Positions 36,401 to 49,150 of a stretch of DNA of 64,000 nucleotides are shown piece by piece (within the stretch, counting starts at the first letter, position 1; each line of letters opens with the position of its first letter). Origin of the DNA: Adineta vaga (taxonomy: Eukaryota; Animalia; Rotifera). The stretch is taken from NCBI GenBank assembly GCA_021613535.1, contig CP075494.1, positions 310,001-374,000 on the forward strand, read 5' to 3'. Made by a program: the position numbers and the translations under genes. Below the pieces are notes generated by a model, which saw only the letters and a program-made list of their open reading frames with translations, had not been told where the DNA came from and made no database searches.

Positions 36401-36568
36401 TATTCAGCGAGAAATGACATTATTTATATTATAACAATATTAATTGGGTTAGTTGGTGGTCTGATAACGGTTTTGAAACTTGTTATACCAACATTAGTAA
36501 AATTCTTCGTCTATTATATTTTAAGGCGAAGAAAATTTTTCACGGAAACATCAAATGTAGGAACTTAA
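30408..36568 (+). CDS. Membrane protein of three tandem (TM - Cys-rich ectodomain - TM) modules
   Basis: Exons 30408-30414, 30790-32043, 33586-34845 and 35283-36568 all join by phase-1 introns in frame; the last acceptor is a weak GAG. Each module has RIYIILLFIVLTILLLY, CPC, CxC, GCY..ESL..STLECFF and a closing TM. Confidence 0.75.
32117..32749 (-). mobile_element. Internally deleted hAT transposon in an intron
   Basis: Degenerate TIRs CAGAGATGTGCGGG and CCCGTGTCTCTCTG with GC-rich CCCG subterminal motifs. The minus strand carries a remnant of the hAT dimerisation domain (FWKEQ...LAKRI...SAAVKRAFISA...KRTNLNPSTVNDTILLRS). Confidence 0.75.
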
Positions 36569-36906
36569 ATGCTACTAAGCAAATCGCTAAATTCATTCCA
36601 TATCAAATAGTTGCGTGAAGATGAAGATATTTACGTAGCTTAAGAACATTGATAGGCGATGATATATTTAATCACTTATTCAATATGACATTGAAAACAG
36701 ATTATGATTATAACAAATATATTCTCATGCTTTATTCATTGCTTTTGCTTATTTAACAAGAATAAAATAAAAGAAGTTTCAATAAAAAAAGTTTTTTCGA
36801 TGTGTAAATGTGAACGTCTAATTATAGAGATGTGACGCTGGATATCTCGCTTGTTTTCACCCTTAACCACTCCATCGTTGAGAAACGTGTTCGACAATGC
36901 ATTTAA

Positions 36907-36947
36907 TCTTGAGGGTGTGGGTATAAAAGAACACACCCATACCCTCA
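36907..36947. repeat. Telomere-hexamer palindrome
   Basis: TCTTGAGGGTGTGGGT-ataaaagaacac-ACCCATACCCTCA. Confidence 0.85.
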
Positions 36948-37650
36948 TTTTGAAGATAATGTTTTTTTGACCTTTGACCCAGGTCAAGATCCAAGTTCCT
37001 TTGACTTTTGGACCCATCCAAAACAATATTTCTCTGACTTTTTAAGATTTTAAAACATGATATCTTTTTGTCCTGTCACAAACACACAAGCAAACACCAT
37101 TTTAGTTTTTGTCGTATCACCCTCCCTTCAGACGAGAGAAAAACCTTTTGCCATTCACATTTTTTATGCGAATTTGATAAAAAGAAACCATTTTTTTCAA
37201 AATAAGACAGTCCTGAAAGGGTAAATGTTTGATTGAACATCTTCAAGAAGAATTTCCAAGATAAAAACGATCAGAAACACGTTTTTCTATACACCAGCTT
37301 TTTGATAAAAAATATTCATTAAAATTTTAATATTTATATTTCATAAGTACAGTTCGCCTGTAGAAATTCATCTATTTGCAAGCTGATTTTGACTATGATA
37401 ATCTTTCAAATGAATTATTTTTGCATATTACACATCCGCTTTTTCTCTAATACAAAAGAATATGAATATTAATTAAAAGGATAAAATCCCCTCTGAAATT
37501 AATTTGTTTTATTCTGTAATAGAACTTTTCATAATTTTTTATCAGTCGTCGATTAATTTAAAGAAGCTTTTGTTTGATAAAGAACCCATTTCTTTAGTCA
37601 AATAACTTTAAATATCGACACTATCTTGAGAAAAGCACACATATTTTATC

Positions 37651-38714
37651 ATGACTACAAATTCTACATTAACAATAATTTTACAAATTACATCTCAATA
37701 TACATTATATTCAAATTTTCTAACAAGTATTGCTGCATTTCTTGGTAATACATTAAATATCTTCGTATTTCTTCGTTTAAAATCTTTTCGAACAAATCGA
37801 TGTATTTTATATTTTATTATTGAATCAATTTCAAATTTTATTTGTGGATTAATGACTTTTATTATAACAATTGTCCCATTAGTATATCATGATATGTCAA
37901 TTGCAACTACATTTACTTGGTGTAAATTACGTCTTTTTATATTTCAAACATCAATATTAACAACATCGTATATGATATGTTTATCTGCTTGTGATCAATT
38001 TTTTTTAACAAATAATCGTTTACATATCAGACAAATGTATACATTAACAACAGCTAGATATTTAGTTTCTATAAGTATTTTATTTAGTATATTTCATAGT
38101 GTTTTATATAGTATTTATACTGAAAGTAATTCATTATTAGGATGTGTTATATTAAATCCAATATGGAATCAATATGCAAAATTTTTCTATTTTCCATTTC
38201 TTTCTGGTTTTTTACCAATTTTTATTGCTTCAGTATTTAGTTTACTTGCTTATGGAAATGTTCGTCGAGTTATTTGTCGACAAATTTCACTTGAACGTCT
38301 TCGATTTGATCATCAAATAACTGCAATGGTTTTAGTTCGTGTCATTGCTTTTGTTATATTTCAATTACCTTATACAATTCATCGTATTTATGCAATTAAT
38401 ATTAATCCTCAACAAATCGATCAAGTACGATCTGCAATTGAACGATTAATTCAAACATTTTTTTATTCATTGATTAATACCAATACTGCAGTAAGATTTC
38501 ATTTTGTTTTTTTTATAGAAAAAAGAAAATAGTTGATGTGTTTTAGATTAATTTTTATCTATTTATGATTATATCGACACGATATCGTCGACAAGTGAAG
38601 TATGTTCTGAAGAAAAAATGTTGGAAACAAATAAAAAATTTCTGTTGTTCGAAAACAAGTCAAATTCAACCAGAAAATACGGCATTTAATGATGAAAATC
38701 TTGAACTTGATTGA
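37651..38714 (+). CDS. Orphan rhodopsin-like GPCR, 2 exons
   Basis: GNTLNIFVF in TM1, CKLR, CLSACDQF, and a TM7 completed across intron 38491-38546 (INFYLFMIISTRYRRQVK). Confidence 0.85.
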
Positions 38715-38880
38715 ATTGATATTTCTATAATATATAAAATCAATCATTTTTTCGATCTATATTGTGACAAAAGTGGAATGATGTGTATTCTCAATAAAAC
38801 TATTTTATTCCTTTTTGAACGACAATAAAAATGAATAGTGAATGAATTGTTTTGATTTCTTCAATGTATTTTCGATATCA

Positions 38881-38945
38881 TGAGGGTGTGGGTGTGGGTG
38901 GTACATCTATCTAACACGCTCTCTCACCCCCTCACACACACACCC
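38881..38945. repeat. Telomere-hexamer palindrome
   Basis: TGAGGGTGTGGGTGTGGGTG...CACCCCCTCACACACACACCC. Confidence 0.75.
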
Positions 38946-39488
38946 ATTCTATAAATCATAGTTATCACATCAGAATATTTATTCAACATGTATGTATTAC
39001 TATGAGAATATGGTTGTAATTAATGGATTAGTCAAACACAGAATGAGAATTTTATTTGTACTTTCATTCACCTATTCATTTGTACTCACATCCATGTATA
39101 TTTCTCAATCAGATTCAGTTGTTATCTACTCAAAAATTGTTACTATTTTTGTATTTTACTTAATGATTCGATAAGAATTTTCTGAAAAAGAAAACATTCA
39201 AGAAATATTTCGTGTAAACATAGAGACAACAAAAACGACATGGAAGATTTTTTTCTTCCAAAGAAAAGACTTAACTCTTTCGCTTACATTGATGTAATGC
39301 GCATTTTCTTTTCAGTTTATGCGTAGAAGAAGAACGAAAAAAACTAATATATTTTCATTTACAGAAATTATTTACTTTCTCTTTTTCTTACAACACATCA
39401 GCTTGAAAGACTTGTTACTATTTGGTGCCATTTCTTTTTTTTTTCTTCATATAGACAACTATAAACCAACTCGATAATTACAAATAAA

Positions 39489-39977
39489 ATGAGTCACGGA
39501 GTTTTACAGGTAACCATTGTTGAAGGTCGCAAGTTGAAAGACAAGGACATTGTTGGTAAAGATGATGCATATGTTGAACTTTATTTGGAGAAAGACTACA
39601 AACAACGAACAAAGACAGTTAAAGATACAAACAGTCCAGCATGGAATGAAACATTTACATTGTTTGTAGATTTTCTTGATGTCTCCTTTTAATTGTACGT
39701 CTTCTCATTTCAGTAATTTACGTAAAAATCAAGATGAATTGCATTTACATGTTTATGATGATGATGTAGTTGGTCGAGATTCAATTGGATCAAAGACGGT
39801 TAATTTAAAGAAACATGTATTCGGCAAAGGTCCCTATGATGCTTGGGTCAAATTACCAGCTCATTTAGGTCTTGGTTCACATGGTGAACTTCATGTTATT
39901 ATTCAACATATTGTAAGTCAAATTCTTTAGTAATATGATATCATACACTTGGTCTTTCTTTTTCTTATTAGCCTTGA
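39489..39977 (+). CDS. Single C2-domain protein, 3 exons
   Basis: GVLQVTIVEGRKLKDKDIVGKDDAYV...PAWNETF, then LHVYDDDVVGRDSIGS, with an acidic Ca-binding set of Asp residues. Terminal micro-exon CCTTGA. Confidence 0.9.
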
Positions 39978-40113
39978 ATAATTCATTGTCAATGAAATCC
40001 AATAACAAAGACATTAAATTATTGACTCTTTTAATTCTAAGAGGTGTGAGTGTGTGTGTGTTTTCTAATTATTAAAATCATCTTGACCAATACTCTCAAT
40101 ATAATGAAAAACA

Positions 40114-40707
40114 TTTTTAGTGTACTCAAAAAGTGAGTACACTACTATAATCGGTCTGTGTGTCCGACCGTTCGTTTACATGATAACTCTTCACAACTGT
40201 ATTCGATTGAGCTGAAACTTTGTGTACATAATCGTCTCATCAATATCTCGGTCGAGTTCGAAGATGAGAATGATCTCTCGAGAGATGACTGAGTTATCGA
40301 AAAAATTATCATTATTGGCCAGACCATCCCTGAGGGGGATATAGGGTTTTTTGAAAAATTATTTAAAACATATATGAATCGATTCAGTTTTTAACGCTAA
40401 TTCCGAATATGTTATTGGTTTTGTAGCTAGTCAGAAGGACTATTAAAAGGGGAAAATCGGATCTCCATATCTATTGATATTGATGATCTATTATAAAAAT
40501 GCTAATATGTGTATCTATCATAGATCGTTTATAGATTCATGAGGTTGCATATGGCCGTTATTCCGATAGATTCAAAACGCAGCATGAGAAATCTTGCTCA
40601 TCGAAAAATGTCTGGTGGTAATGTTGATGCGTAGAGATTCTAGAATAGTTCACCTCTCTAATACACTTTTTGTAGTACACATAACTCTCGAATAAAATTC
40701 GAAGTTT
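40114..40707 (+). mobile_element. Helentron/DINE-1-like non-autonomous element
   Basis: 5' T-run then the hairpin TAGTGTACTCA-aaaag-TGAGTACACTA, a GTCTGTGTGTCCG microsatellite-like tract and GAAACTTTG. At the 3' end is the sub-terminal repeat AGTACAC plus a stem-loop TCGAAT-aaa-ATTCGA before TTT. Confidence 0.65.
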
Positions 40708-41279
40708 CCGCATTTATTTATTATTAAAATCTTTGGATTCGTTTACATTACTTATTGTTCAGCAACATAAAGATTTCCGTCAACATCAAATGATAAAACA
40801 GTATAGGATGAGAAAATTGATTTGATTCATTTCCTTCTCCATTACCACCAACAATTAATTCTCCTGCTTCATCTCCTTCACACCAACGAATTATTCGAAG
40901 ATTATAATTCCTTTAGAATGATTCAACTGAGTAAGATTATTTCTTTCACCATTTGCACCAGCAACGAATTTTCCTTCTTTTCCTCTAACTTCATTCTTCT
41001 TCCAATTAGAAACATAAATAAATCCATATTTATCCATTGTTAATCGACAACAATCGATGTTCTCAATATGACCATCGAACTACTCGTCTATTCCAATTGA
41101 TCACTTCGGTTTCCTGCCCCAATTCGACTTTTTTCCTTTTTATCAACACATTTGTATCGTAATTATATATGAACGATTCTTTACAACAGCTTTGGTTGCA
41201 TCATATGTCTATCGACATGAGAGAACGAAAAGTATTTTTTTGTTTTGCTTGTCTCCGGTTAATTCACTCCGTTCTATCG

Positions 41280-41950
41280 ATGCAGTTCTTTTATCTTTTA
41301 ATTTGGTCTATAAAACTTTTTCTGGTACTAGTCATGATTGGAATTATGAAGATCATGGTTAGTTTATTCACTAAACAAATCATTTGACATATACTTTCTC
41401 TGATATCTCTAGGCCCTTTAATGTAGTCTCAAACATTTCCTGCATGTGGTGGTTCATATCAATCATCAATAAATCTTGATCATTTGAATAATGTTGGAGA
41501 AGCACATTTTGTGTTTATCAATGAAATAACAAAGCAAACAGCAGTTTTGGCATTTATCATTGTCATATCATTCGATGAAGAATCTAGTTCATGATGACGT
41601 CCATACATTAATAGTGCGGTCAGACTTATTCGTGAAGGTTCACAAATACTACAATACATGGGAAATCTGATGGAATTAATGAAAACTGAAAATAATTTTC
41701 AAAATTTTTGGAGATATAATGGCTCATTAACGACACCGCCTTGTACAGAAGGAATTATTTGTAAGGAAAATTATAATTGTTTTCTGTTTAAGAACTCTCC
41801 AACTTTGCTTATTTTTCTTTGTAAAAAGGGACAGTATTTAATGATTATATGAAATTTTCTTACGATGAATTTCAAACATTATCGTTCAATTCAATTGTCA
41901 CACAATCGAATTGTTTACCATTCAACACTTGATCTTAATTCAATAAATTC
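41280..41950 (+). pseudogene. Alpha-carbonic anhydrase pseudogene
   Basis: HDWNYEDHG, FPACGGSYQSSINL, GEAHFV, TAVLA and FWRYNGSLTTPPCTEGII are present. There are stops and frameshifts, and the HxH zinc-ligand segment is missing. Confidence 0.8.
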
Positions 41951-42196
41951 CATTGAAAATCTATCAAATGATTTATCTTTTAATCGCAATGTCAAATTTA
42001 ACAAAGTTGACAATTATAATTTATTAATATAGTCATGATACATTTAGTTATTGAAAAGAACTTAAACAAATGTAGTAAATTTGTTCGATTGAAATACTAT
42101 TTTCACTTTCAGTTCTGTTTGGTTTATTTGAAGAAGTATATATAGTCATTCTCGTTTGCGATGTTGCACATTCCGGAAAAGTAAAAAAGTTAAATT

Positions 42197-43245
42197 TTAT
42201 TTATCTATCGTAGGTAGAGTTTCTATATGACTGGGATTAATTCGATTTAGTTGACGTCTATTCATATGCATATCATAGAAAACATATTTAGCTTGAGCAC
42301 GAAATCGTTTTGAAACACAAATATAAGTGTAAAATGAATTCTAAAGAAAAGAAAAGGAAAGAAAAAAAACATCTCTATTTTATTCGAGAATAAACAAACA
42401 ATACTTACTCCATTACTAAGAAAAGTCATTGTTAATGTAATTGCACTGACTAATCTTAATTGAGCAAGAAAAATTGGATCCTTATTCGTATTAAATGATG
42501 ATATCGCATATGTTATTGAAAATGGCATATAAGTACAAACATAAACACAAATTTCCACAAGAACCATTGTTGTTAATTGTTTATCTAATTCACGTCGAAC
42601 AAGTGGATTTATTCGTGTTGTTAAATTTCGTGCATTTCGAAAAGCTAATAAACCAAAAATAACAGCAATTAATGGAAAAAGATTTCCATATGTAAAATAA
42701 TATACATAAACATTATATTCAAATAGAATTAGATTAGATGATATACAAAGAGCTGGATTAATTGATGATAATTCATTGAAATAAAGAAAAAACGGTATAG
42801 CATGACCAATCCAAATCAATGTGACAATTATAATGGCGCGATGAGCAATTCGAATATTTGACCATTGTTGCCATCGTTGTCGAGAACATGTTGCAAAATA
42901 TTGATCAATAATAGCTAAACATAAACATGATAGAGCAGAAAAATTACATACTGCAACAACGAAATTTCTCAATTGACAATAAAAGAAAATAACAGATGTA
43001 AAATTAATTGAAAATGCCATTGATATTGCGAGAAATGGTGAACTTAAAATTAATCGAATTAAATTAAACGATGCCATTGACATTAAATAAATTGCACAAG
43101 AATTTTGTCGAAATGTTTTCAAACTAAGAAATATGATGATACTACATAATTCACTAATAATACCAATTAAACAAATAGGAATGGAAACATAAAGAGCAAA
43201 TTTTGATCGAACAAACGAAAGTAAAGTTATATAATCAGTGTTCAT
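42197..43245 (-). CDS. Orphan rhodopsin-like GPCR, 2 exons
   Basis: 7-TM pattern with CQLR, CLAIIDQY and RELDKQLTTMVL. Intron 42408-42341 restores NSFYTYICVSKRFRAQ. Confidence 0.85.
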
Positions 43246-44219
43246 ATTGAATATTTGCAAATAAGAAAAATCTTCTTTCGAAATACTTTTTCTTCAAATG
43301 GAATGAATAGTCTTAAGAGAGATCAACTATACCGAACAACTGAAATCTACGATGTGAAGTAAATAATCTATTGAATCGTTATAGTTTTGCGTACTCCATT
43401 TTAATATCTCGAGGTTGATCCAATGAGTCTTCGTCATTTTTTACTTTATATATATTTCACTACGTAAGTCTTCATTACCATACAGAAATCATGAATTTAT
43501 CTTGAAGAAATTCTGAGATTATGATTAAAAAATCAAAAGTAGAAGATATGTCTATCGTGCAACAAAACAAATCCATAAAGTTGAAATGAATTTTTGTGTT
43601 TATCTTAGTCAAACAGATAGTGATGGTTGGCAGATACTTATGTTCGAGTAAATCGAAAAAAAAACTTCGATATTCTTTTTAGATCGAATACGATCATAAA
43701 CTTGTTATTAGTTCATTATTAGAGTTGTTTTATTCTCGTAATTGATATTGATGAAATAAAAGGAAAATTGAAAAGAAAAAAAATCATGTTTTCTTTTAAA
43801 TTAAAAAGAAAACTTAAGAATATAGTGAAAACGTATGAACGATGCTTTACAAAATCCAATTAACTCTTTCGAGACTGATGATACACCGTATATATGACAG
43901 ATCTATCATTAAAAGCATTTTGATCGATACTCTCAAGATTATGAAAAAGATTTTCTTAATGTTAATGAAGAGAAATGAATGAAATTCTTGCAAAGGAAGA
44001 ACAAAATATCATCGCTCGTCAACCCTTCATTTATGCCTATAAGAAAAAAAAGTGAAGATTGCACGTCCCTTTCATCGACATAGAGCTTACGTTTTGATTA
44101 ATTTTTAAGCGAACGATTGATTTTCAATTCGATCAAAATAAAATATTGATAACAATTAAAAATAGATTATAGTACATTGATATTTTTCTTGTTTTTCTAC
44201 GTATTGATATTCATTTATT

Positions 44220-45737
44220 ATGAAAAATCATAAAATAATATTATGGTTGATTGTTTCTTTAATCAATAGTGTAATTATTTATGCACAAAATCCAATTGGT
44301 TTAAAACCATCTGCATCTGGTCGTGGTCTTATATTAGGAGCAGCAGTTGGTATACGATATTTGCGAAGTAATGTCGATGATGGTCGATATAGATCTTATT
44401 TTGATCGAAATTTTCAAATGATTGTACCAGGATCAGAACTTATGCCAATGCAAATTTGGAAAGGTGAAAATCAATATAATTTTAATGATTCGGATTGGCT
44501 TTTAGGTGAAACATTGAATTCAACTGGATGGGCTCAACAAAATTATTTTCAAGTTCGTGGTCATACTTTAATTTGGGCTTATGATTCGAGAATACCTCGA
44601 TGGTTACTTGATCAAGAAACATCTATATCATCAGAAAAAGCTAAATCTCTATTGAAGGATTATATTTATACAGTTGTTGGTCGATATCGTGGAAAAATTC
44701 AATGGTGGGATGTTGTAAATGAAGCTATTTCTGATTATAATGAAACTCGACCATTTAATTTACGTACTTCATTCTGGTATCGAAAATTAGGTACAGATTT
44801 TATTAAATATGCTTTTGATTTTGCTCATGATGCGGATCCTTCAGCAAAATTATTTTATAATGAATATAAAATTGAAAATGGAGGATTAAAAGCAGAGAGA
44901 ACACTGACATTTATTAAATGGTTAAAATCTGAAAAAATTCCAATCTATGGTCTTGGAATGCAATGGCATATAAATACAACAAAAGTTATTATTCCGGGTG
45001 ATGAACATTATCAAATAGCTCAACGATTTATTGATCAAAATATAAGTTTAACAATATCAGAACTTGATGTCGCTATTGAAACGAATGGAGGATATCCTAT
45101 TGATCCAAATGCTATACAAAAACAAGCTAATATCTATCATTCTCTATTAAAATATGTTCTTTATTTTTTTCCAAAAATTCCTGCAATGATTACATGGGGT
45201 TATACGGATCGTTTTAGTTGGATTCCTTTAGCGACTAATTATACTAAAGGAGATGGTTTAACATTAGATTGTCAATATCAACCAAAAGCAGCTTATTGGA
45301 AATTACAAGAAGAATTAGCACGTATTCTTACTAATGGAATTTATCGTCTCTCACCACAATCACAATCCAACAAATGTCTTATTAGTAGTTATGATAATGG
45401 TACTGTACAAATTGATATTGGAAATTGTAATAATACAAATCAAAAATGGAATATAACATGGCTTGGAGATGGTACTTATCGATTGTCACCACAGAATATT
45501 GCTAATTATGCACTTAATGCTTATAATGCAACAGCATCAATTGGTACAGTTCAGATAAATAATTGGACAGGTGATTTCAATCAAGAATGGTCTATTACAG
45601 TACAAGGAAATAATACATATGGCATTGCACCACGTAATGCATGGTGGCGAATATTTACAGTCTATGAGACATCGAATATTGGTATTGTCAATCGTATTTA
45701 TGGTGGTCTTCAAAACTGGATTTTAACTATCGTTTAA
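44220..45737 (+). CDS. Secreted GH10 endo-1,4-beta-xylanase-like enzyme with C-terminal ricin-B/CBM13 lectin domain
   Basis: Signal peptide, RGHTLIW, WDVVNEA (acid/base Glu), GMQWH, ISELDV (nucleophile Glu), then three QxW repeats (NQKW, NQEW, LQNW). Intronless. Confidence 0.92.
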   Translation: MKNHKIILWLIVSLINSVIIYAQNPIGLKPSASGRGLILGAAVGIRYLRSNVDDGRYRSYFDRNFQMIVPGSELMPMQIWKGENQYNFNDSDWLLGETLNSTGWAQQNYFQVRGHTLIWAYDSRIPRWLLDQETSISSEKAKSLLKDYIYTVVGRYRGKIQWWDVVNEAISDYNETRPFNLRTSFWYRKLGTDFIKYAFDFAHDADPSAKLFYNEYKIENGGLKAERTLTFIKWLKSEKIPIYGLGMQWHINTTKVIIPGDEHYQIAQRFIDQNISLTISELDVAIETNGGYPIDPNAIQKQANIYHSLLKYVLYFFPKIPAMITWGYTDRFSWIPLATNYTKGDGLTLDCQYQPKAAYWKLQEELARILTNGIYRLSPQSQSNKCLISSYDNGTVQIDIGNCNNTNQKWNITWLGDGTYRLSPQNIANYALNAYNATASIGTVQINNWTGDFNQEWSITVQGNNTYGIAPRNAWWRIFTVYETSNIGIVNRIYGGLQNWILTIV

Positions 45738-45758
45738 TAATATTCATTTGTTTCATTA

Positions 45759-45813
45759 TCTTGAGGGTATGGGTGTGAGCAAAGAAGATATATCCTCACC
45801 CACACTCTCAAGA
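45759..45813. repeat. Telomere-hexamer palindrome (best-preserved copy)
   Basis: TCTTGAGGGTATGGGTGTGAG...CTCACCCACACTCTCAAGA, starting 22 bp after the GH10 stop codon. Confidence 0.9.
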
Positions 45814-46277
45814 ATTCATATAGATTCACGTTATTAAAACTCATAATTATTTAATAATATCTGTTTTCATAAAATACTTTTCAAACATAATCATGCAATG
45901 CATCAAAATTCGAATCTGAAGACATATAATTATAAGAAACAATGATATAATGTATTTCCAGGAATAATAATAATAATATACATAGAATAAAGTTTATCAT
46001 TAGCATTGTTATTTTCTCAAATGTAATATTCGAGACGATGAAGAGAGTTATTCATATTTGTTCATCTTCAAGATGTGTTAGATTTTTCAATTCTCAAGGA
46101 TTCCTTTCACGGAACTAAAAGATTCTATACAAAAGAGATATTATTCACACATAAAAGCACTAAGTGCTATAAATTCTAAGTTTTATAAAAAAAAGAGAAA
46201 AAAAAAATGATAATTTGTCTGTAAAATCATATAATTTTTGTAAAACATTTTCAAACTTCTCTCATACTTTTTATTAA

Positions 46278-47228
46278 ATGGTCAAAATGACTTTGAATAG
46301 TTCCAAAAATACAAATCTGACTGAAGAAAATGATGATTCAAGTGAAATATTAATGAGTTTCACAACTAATATTCGTTTTATAATCTTATTAATTCTTAAT
46401 ATTCCATCTGCAATAACTTATATTCTACTTTTTATTCTAATGATTTTTAATAAAACACTTCGTTCTGCATCAAATAATTATATAATATATTATATATTAA
46501 TATTTTCATTTATTATTATTTCTTATGATATTCCAATTACAATAGATTCATATCGATCATCTCCGACAATCTATCGATCTGATGTATTTTGTTTGATATT
46601 TTCATTTATTGAATTGATTTGTTTTTCTGCAATAAATCTTTTAATTGCATGGGGATCATTTGAACGACATCTTCTTATTTTTCATTCGAATATTTTTAAT
46701 ATAAAATGGAAAAATATTTGTTTTCATTTTATTCCACCCATTTTTATCGTCATTTATCTAATCATATTTCATATTTATATCATTTTTATTTATTCATGTG
46801 ATGAAATAGTAGATTATGAGATGAATCAATGTTATTATAGTTGTTATGTTTACAATCGATTTCTTGGCATATGGGAAACTATTTTTCATTATATGTTTCC
46901 TACTCTATGTGTGTTCATATGTAATTGTGCATTATTATTTCGAGTTTATCGATCGAAAACTCGTCTTCGACAATCGATTAATTGGCGAAAATATCGAACA
47001 ATGATATTTCAACTTGTTTCTATTGCATCTCTTTATCTTCTCGTTTATCTACCGTATTTTATTACTATTTTATGTAATTATTTTGTTCGGACACCTTTAA
47101 CAGAGGTATTACTAGAATGGTTAGATTTCTTTAACTATTTCGAGATATTGTTCTTTCCTTATGTTTGCTTATTTTCAATACCTGAATTGAAATTAAAATT
47201 AAAGAAAATTGTCAATTGTCAAAGCTAG
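46278..47228 (+). CDS. Orphan rhodopsin-like GPCR
   Basis: WGSFERH, NWRKYRTMIFQL and SIPELK. Same subfamily as the gene at 1061-2062. Confidence 0.85.
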   Translation: MVKMTLNSSKNTNLTEENDDSSEILMSFTTNIRFIILLILNIPSAITYILLFILMIFNKTLRSASNNYIIYYILIFSFIIISYDIPITIDSYRSSPTIYRSDVFCLIFSFIELICFSAINLLIAWGSFERHLLIFHSNIFNIKWKNICFHFIPPIFIVIYLIIFHIYIIFIYSCDEIVDYEMNQCYYSCYVYNRFLGIWETIFHYMFPTLCVFICNCALLFRVYRSKTRLRQSINWRKYRTMIFQLVSIASLYLLVYLPYFITILCNYFVRTPLTEVLLEWLDFFNYFEILFFPYVCLFSIPELKLKLKKIVNCQS

Positions 47229-47479
47229 ACATCGGGTAATACCTTTTTACGTGTTGAACATGCAAATAAGAACAATTAGTCTTGTATTAATGAGCAATTA
47301 TTGAATCTAAATAAAACTATATATTTTCTTGTTTCTCCTTTTCAATATAATTTAACATCTTGAGGATGTGGGCATATCTTTATTCTTTACGCACATTCAT
47401 ATACCCTCAAGTAATCAGTCTCACACATTCCTTCCAAATGCTCTTATATGTAATACTTTCGTACAATAAAACTTTGAAA

Positions 47480-49150
47480 ACAGTGACATCTTTAGAAAAT
47501 AATTCTTTATCTATTTGTTGAAGTTCTTATCATTCTATTGAAGAAGAATTATAGGACATCAGTATTTTTCCAACATGAAATAATTCATCATATTTTTGAT
47601 CATTTCGATCTTTAGTTCATTCTTATGAAAGATTTATATTAAATTTCAAAGGAATTTCTCAACAATATTTTCATCTTCTTTGTCAATTGATTCAACCACA
47701 AAATGTTATTTCATTAATACTTTCAAATGAATTCGATAAATCAAATGAAATCAATTTATTTCTTTCATTTTTTCCTCATCTTCAACAATTTACTCGACTT
47801 CGATATTTAATTCTTTATAATATTGATGGGACTGAATTGAATATTTTATTAGAACGTCTCAATATGCCGTTACTCATATCATTTTCAGTTAAGATTATAA
47901 AACACGATTATCAACATAGAAAAACAACAGAACAATATCTTACATCAATTATTACACAATCAGAACTTTGAAAATTACAATTTTCATATGAAAATAGTAA
48001 AATATTTAAAGTTAATTGTCTATCTACTTCGATGATTCAATATTTAACGATCGATCATTACATCGAAATAGATGATTTTCTAAAAAATATTTCAATGTTC
48101 TCCTCATTTACATACAATTATTTTAAATTCTAATTTATCTTTCTAAAGAATCTTACCGATATATCAAAATCCCATGATCTTACTGGTTTTCAACAAATCA
48201 AATCTTTAACTATTATAGATATTTCTATCTTCATTGAATTATTTAAAACTAAATGGTAAAGAATTCGATCATATGTCTGATGGATATCGTTGGGGAAAAT
48301 TTATTCAATTAAATCTAACAGAATTAAAGAAATTTGAATTTTACTTTGATCAATGGATTAATTGCAAAACGTTAAAAGAATCTGAATTAATTAATTCTTC
48401 ATTTCAAACACCATTCTGGATCGAACATAAACAATGGTTCGTTGTCTGTGAATATTCAAAGTCAAGCGCATTATATCGTTTATATACTCAACCAATATGT
48501 GTAAATGAGTTACAATATGATCCATATTACAAACAACTTCGTTCATCTACTATGAACACAATGATAGAAAACAAAACAATCAAATCAGTGATTTTACGAC
48601 CATATACATTTAATAGACTTGTAGAACAAGTGAGTAAAACCATATGAAACAGAAATCTTTATATCAATATTTTCTCTATAGGAAATAACGATAAATTATA
48701 CTCGTTTTGTTCAAGCAACACATTTAACATTTGAAATATATGAAGATTCTAATTCATTATTTTGGTCATCAATTTTTCGAATGATTGATATTACAAAAAT
48801 AGTGAAAATAACACAATATATATCAATTGTATCGATATATTGACGGAAGATTTATTAAAATATATTGATTTTTGTTTCGAACAAGCACAAAATCTCTCAT
48901 CGTTAAGTATTCAGAGGGATGATACGGAAAGCGTAGTATGTTCAAATATTTATAGAATATATTCAATACTATCACGTCAATTAAAACATTTTCGAATTCC
49001 ATTCGATAATCTAGAGCAAGTGGAAAAGATTTTAGAGCGTTGTACCAATCTATCAACAATAACATATGATGGTAACAATTATCTATTTGAAGAAATTAAG
49101 AAATGGTTTGTTGGGAAGGTGACAAATCAATAACTGTATGGATTGGAAAG
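47480..49150 (+). pseudogene. F-box/LRR-like gene family pseudogene
   Basis: Fragments IQPQNVISLILSN...FTRLRYLIL, DGYRWGKFIQLNLTELKKFEF...FQTPFWIEHKQWFV and LERCTNLSTI, broken by stops and frameshifts. Confidence 0.65.
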
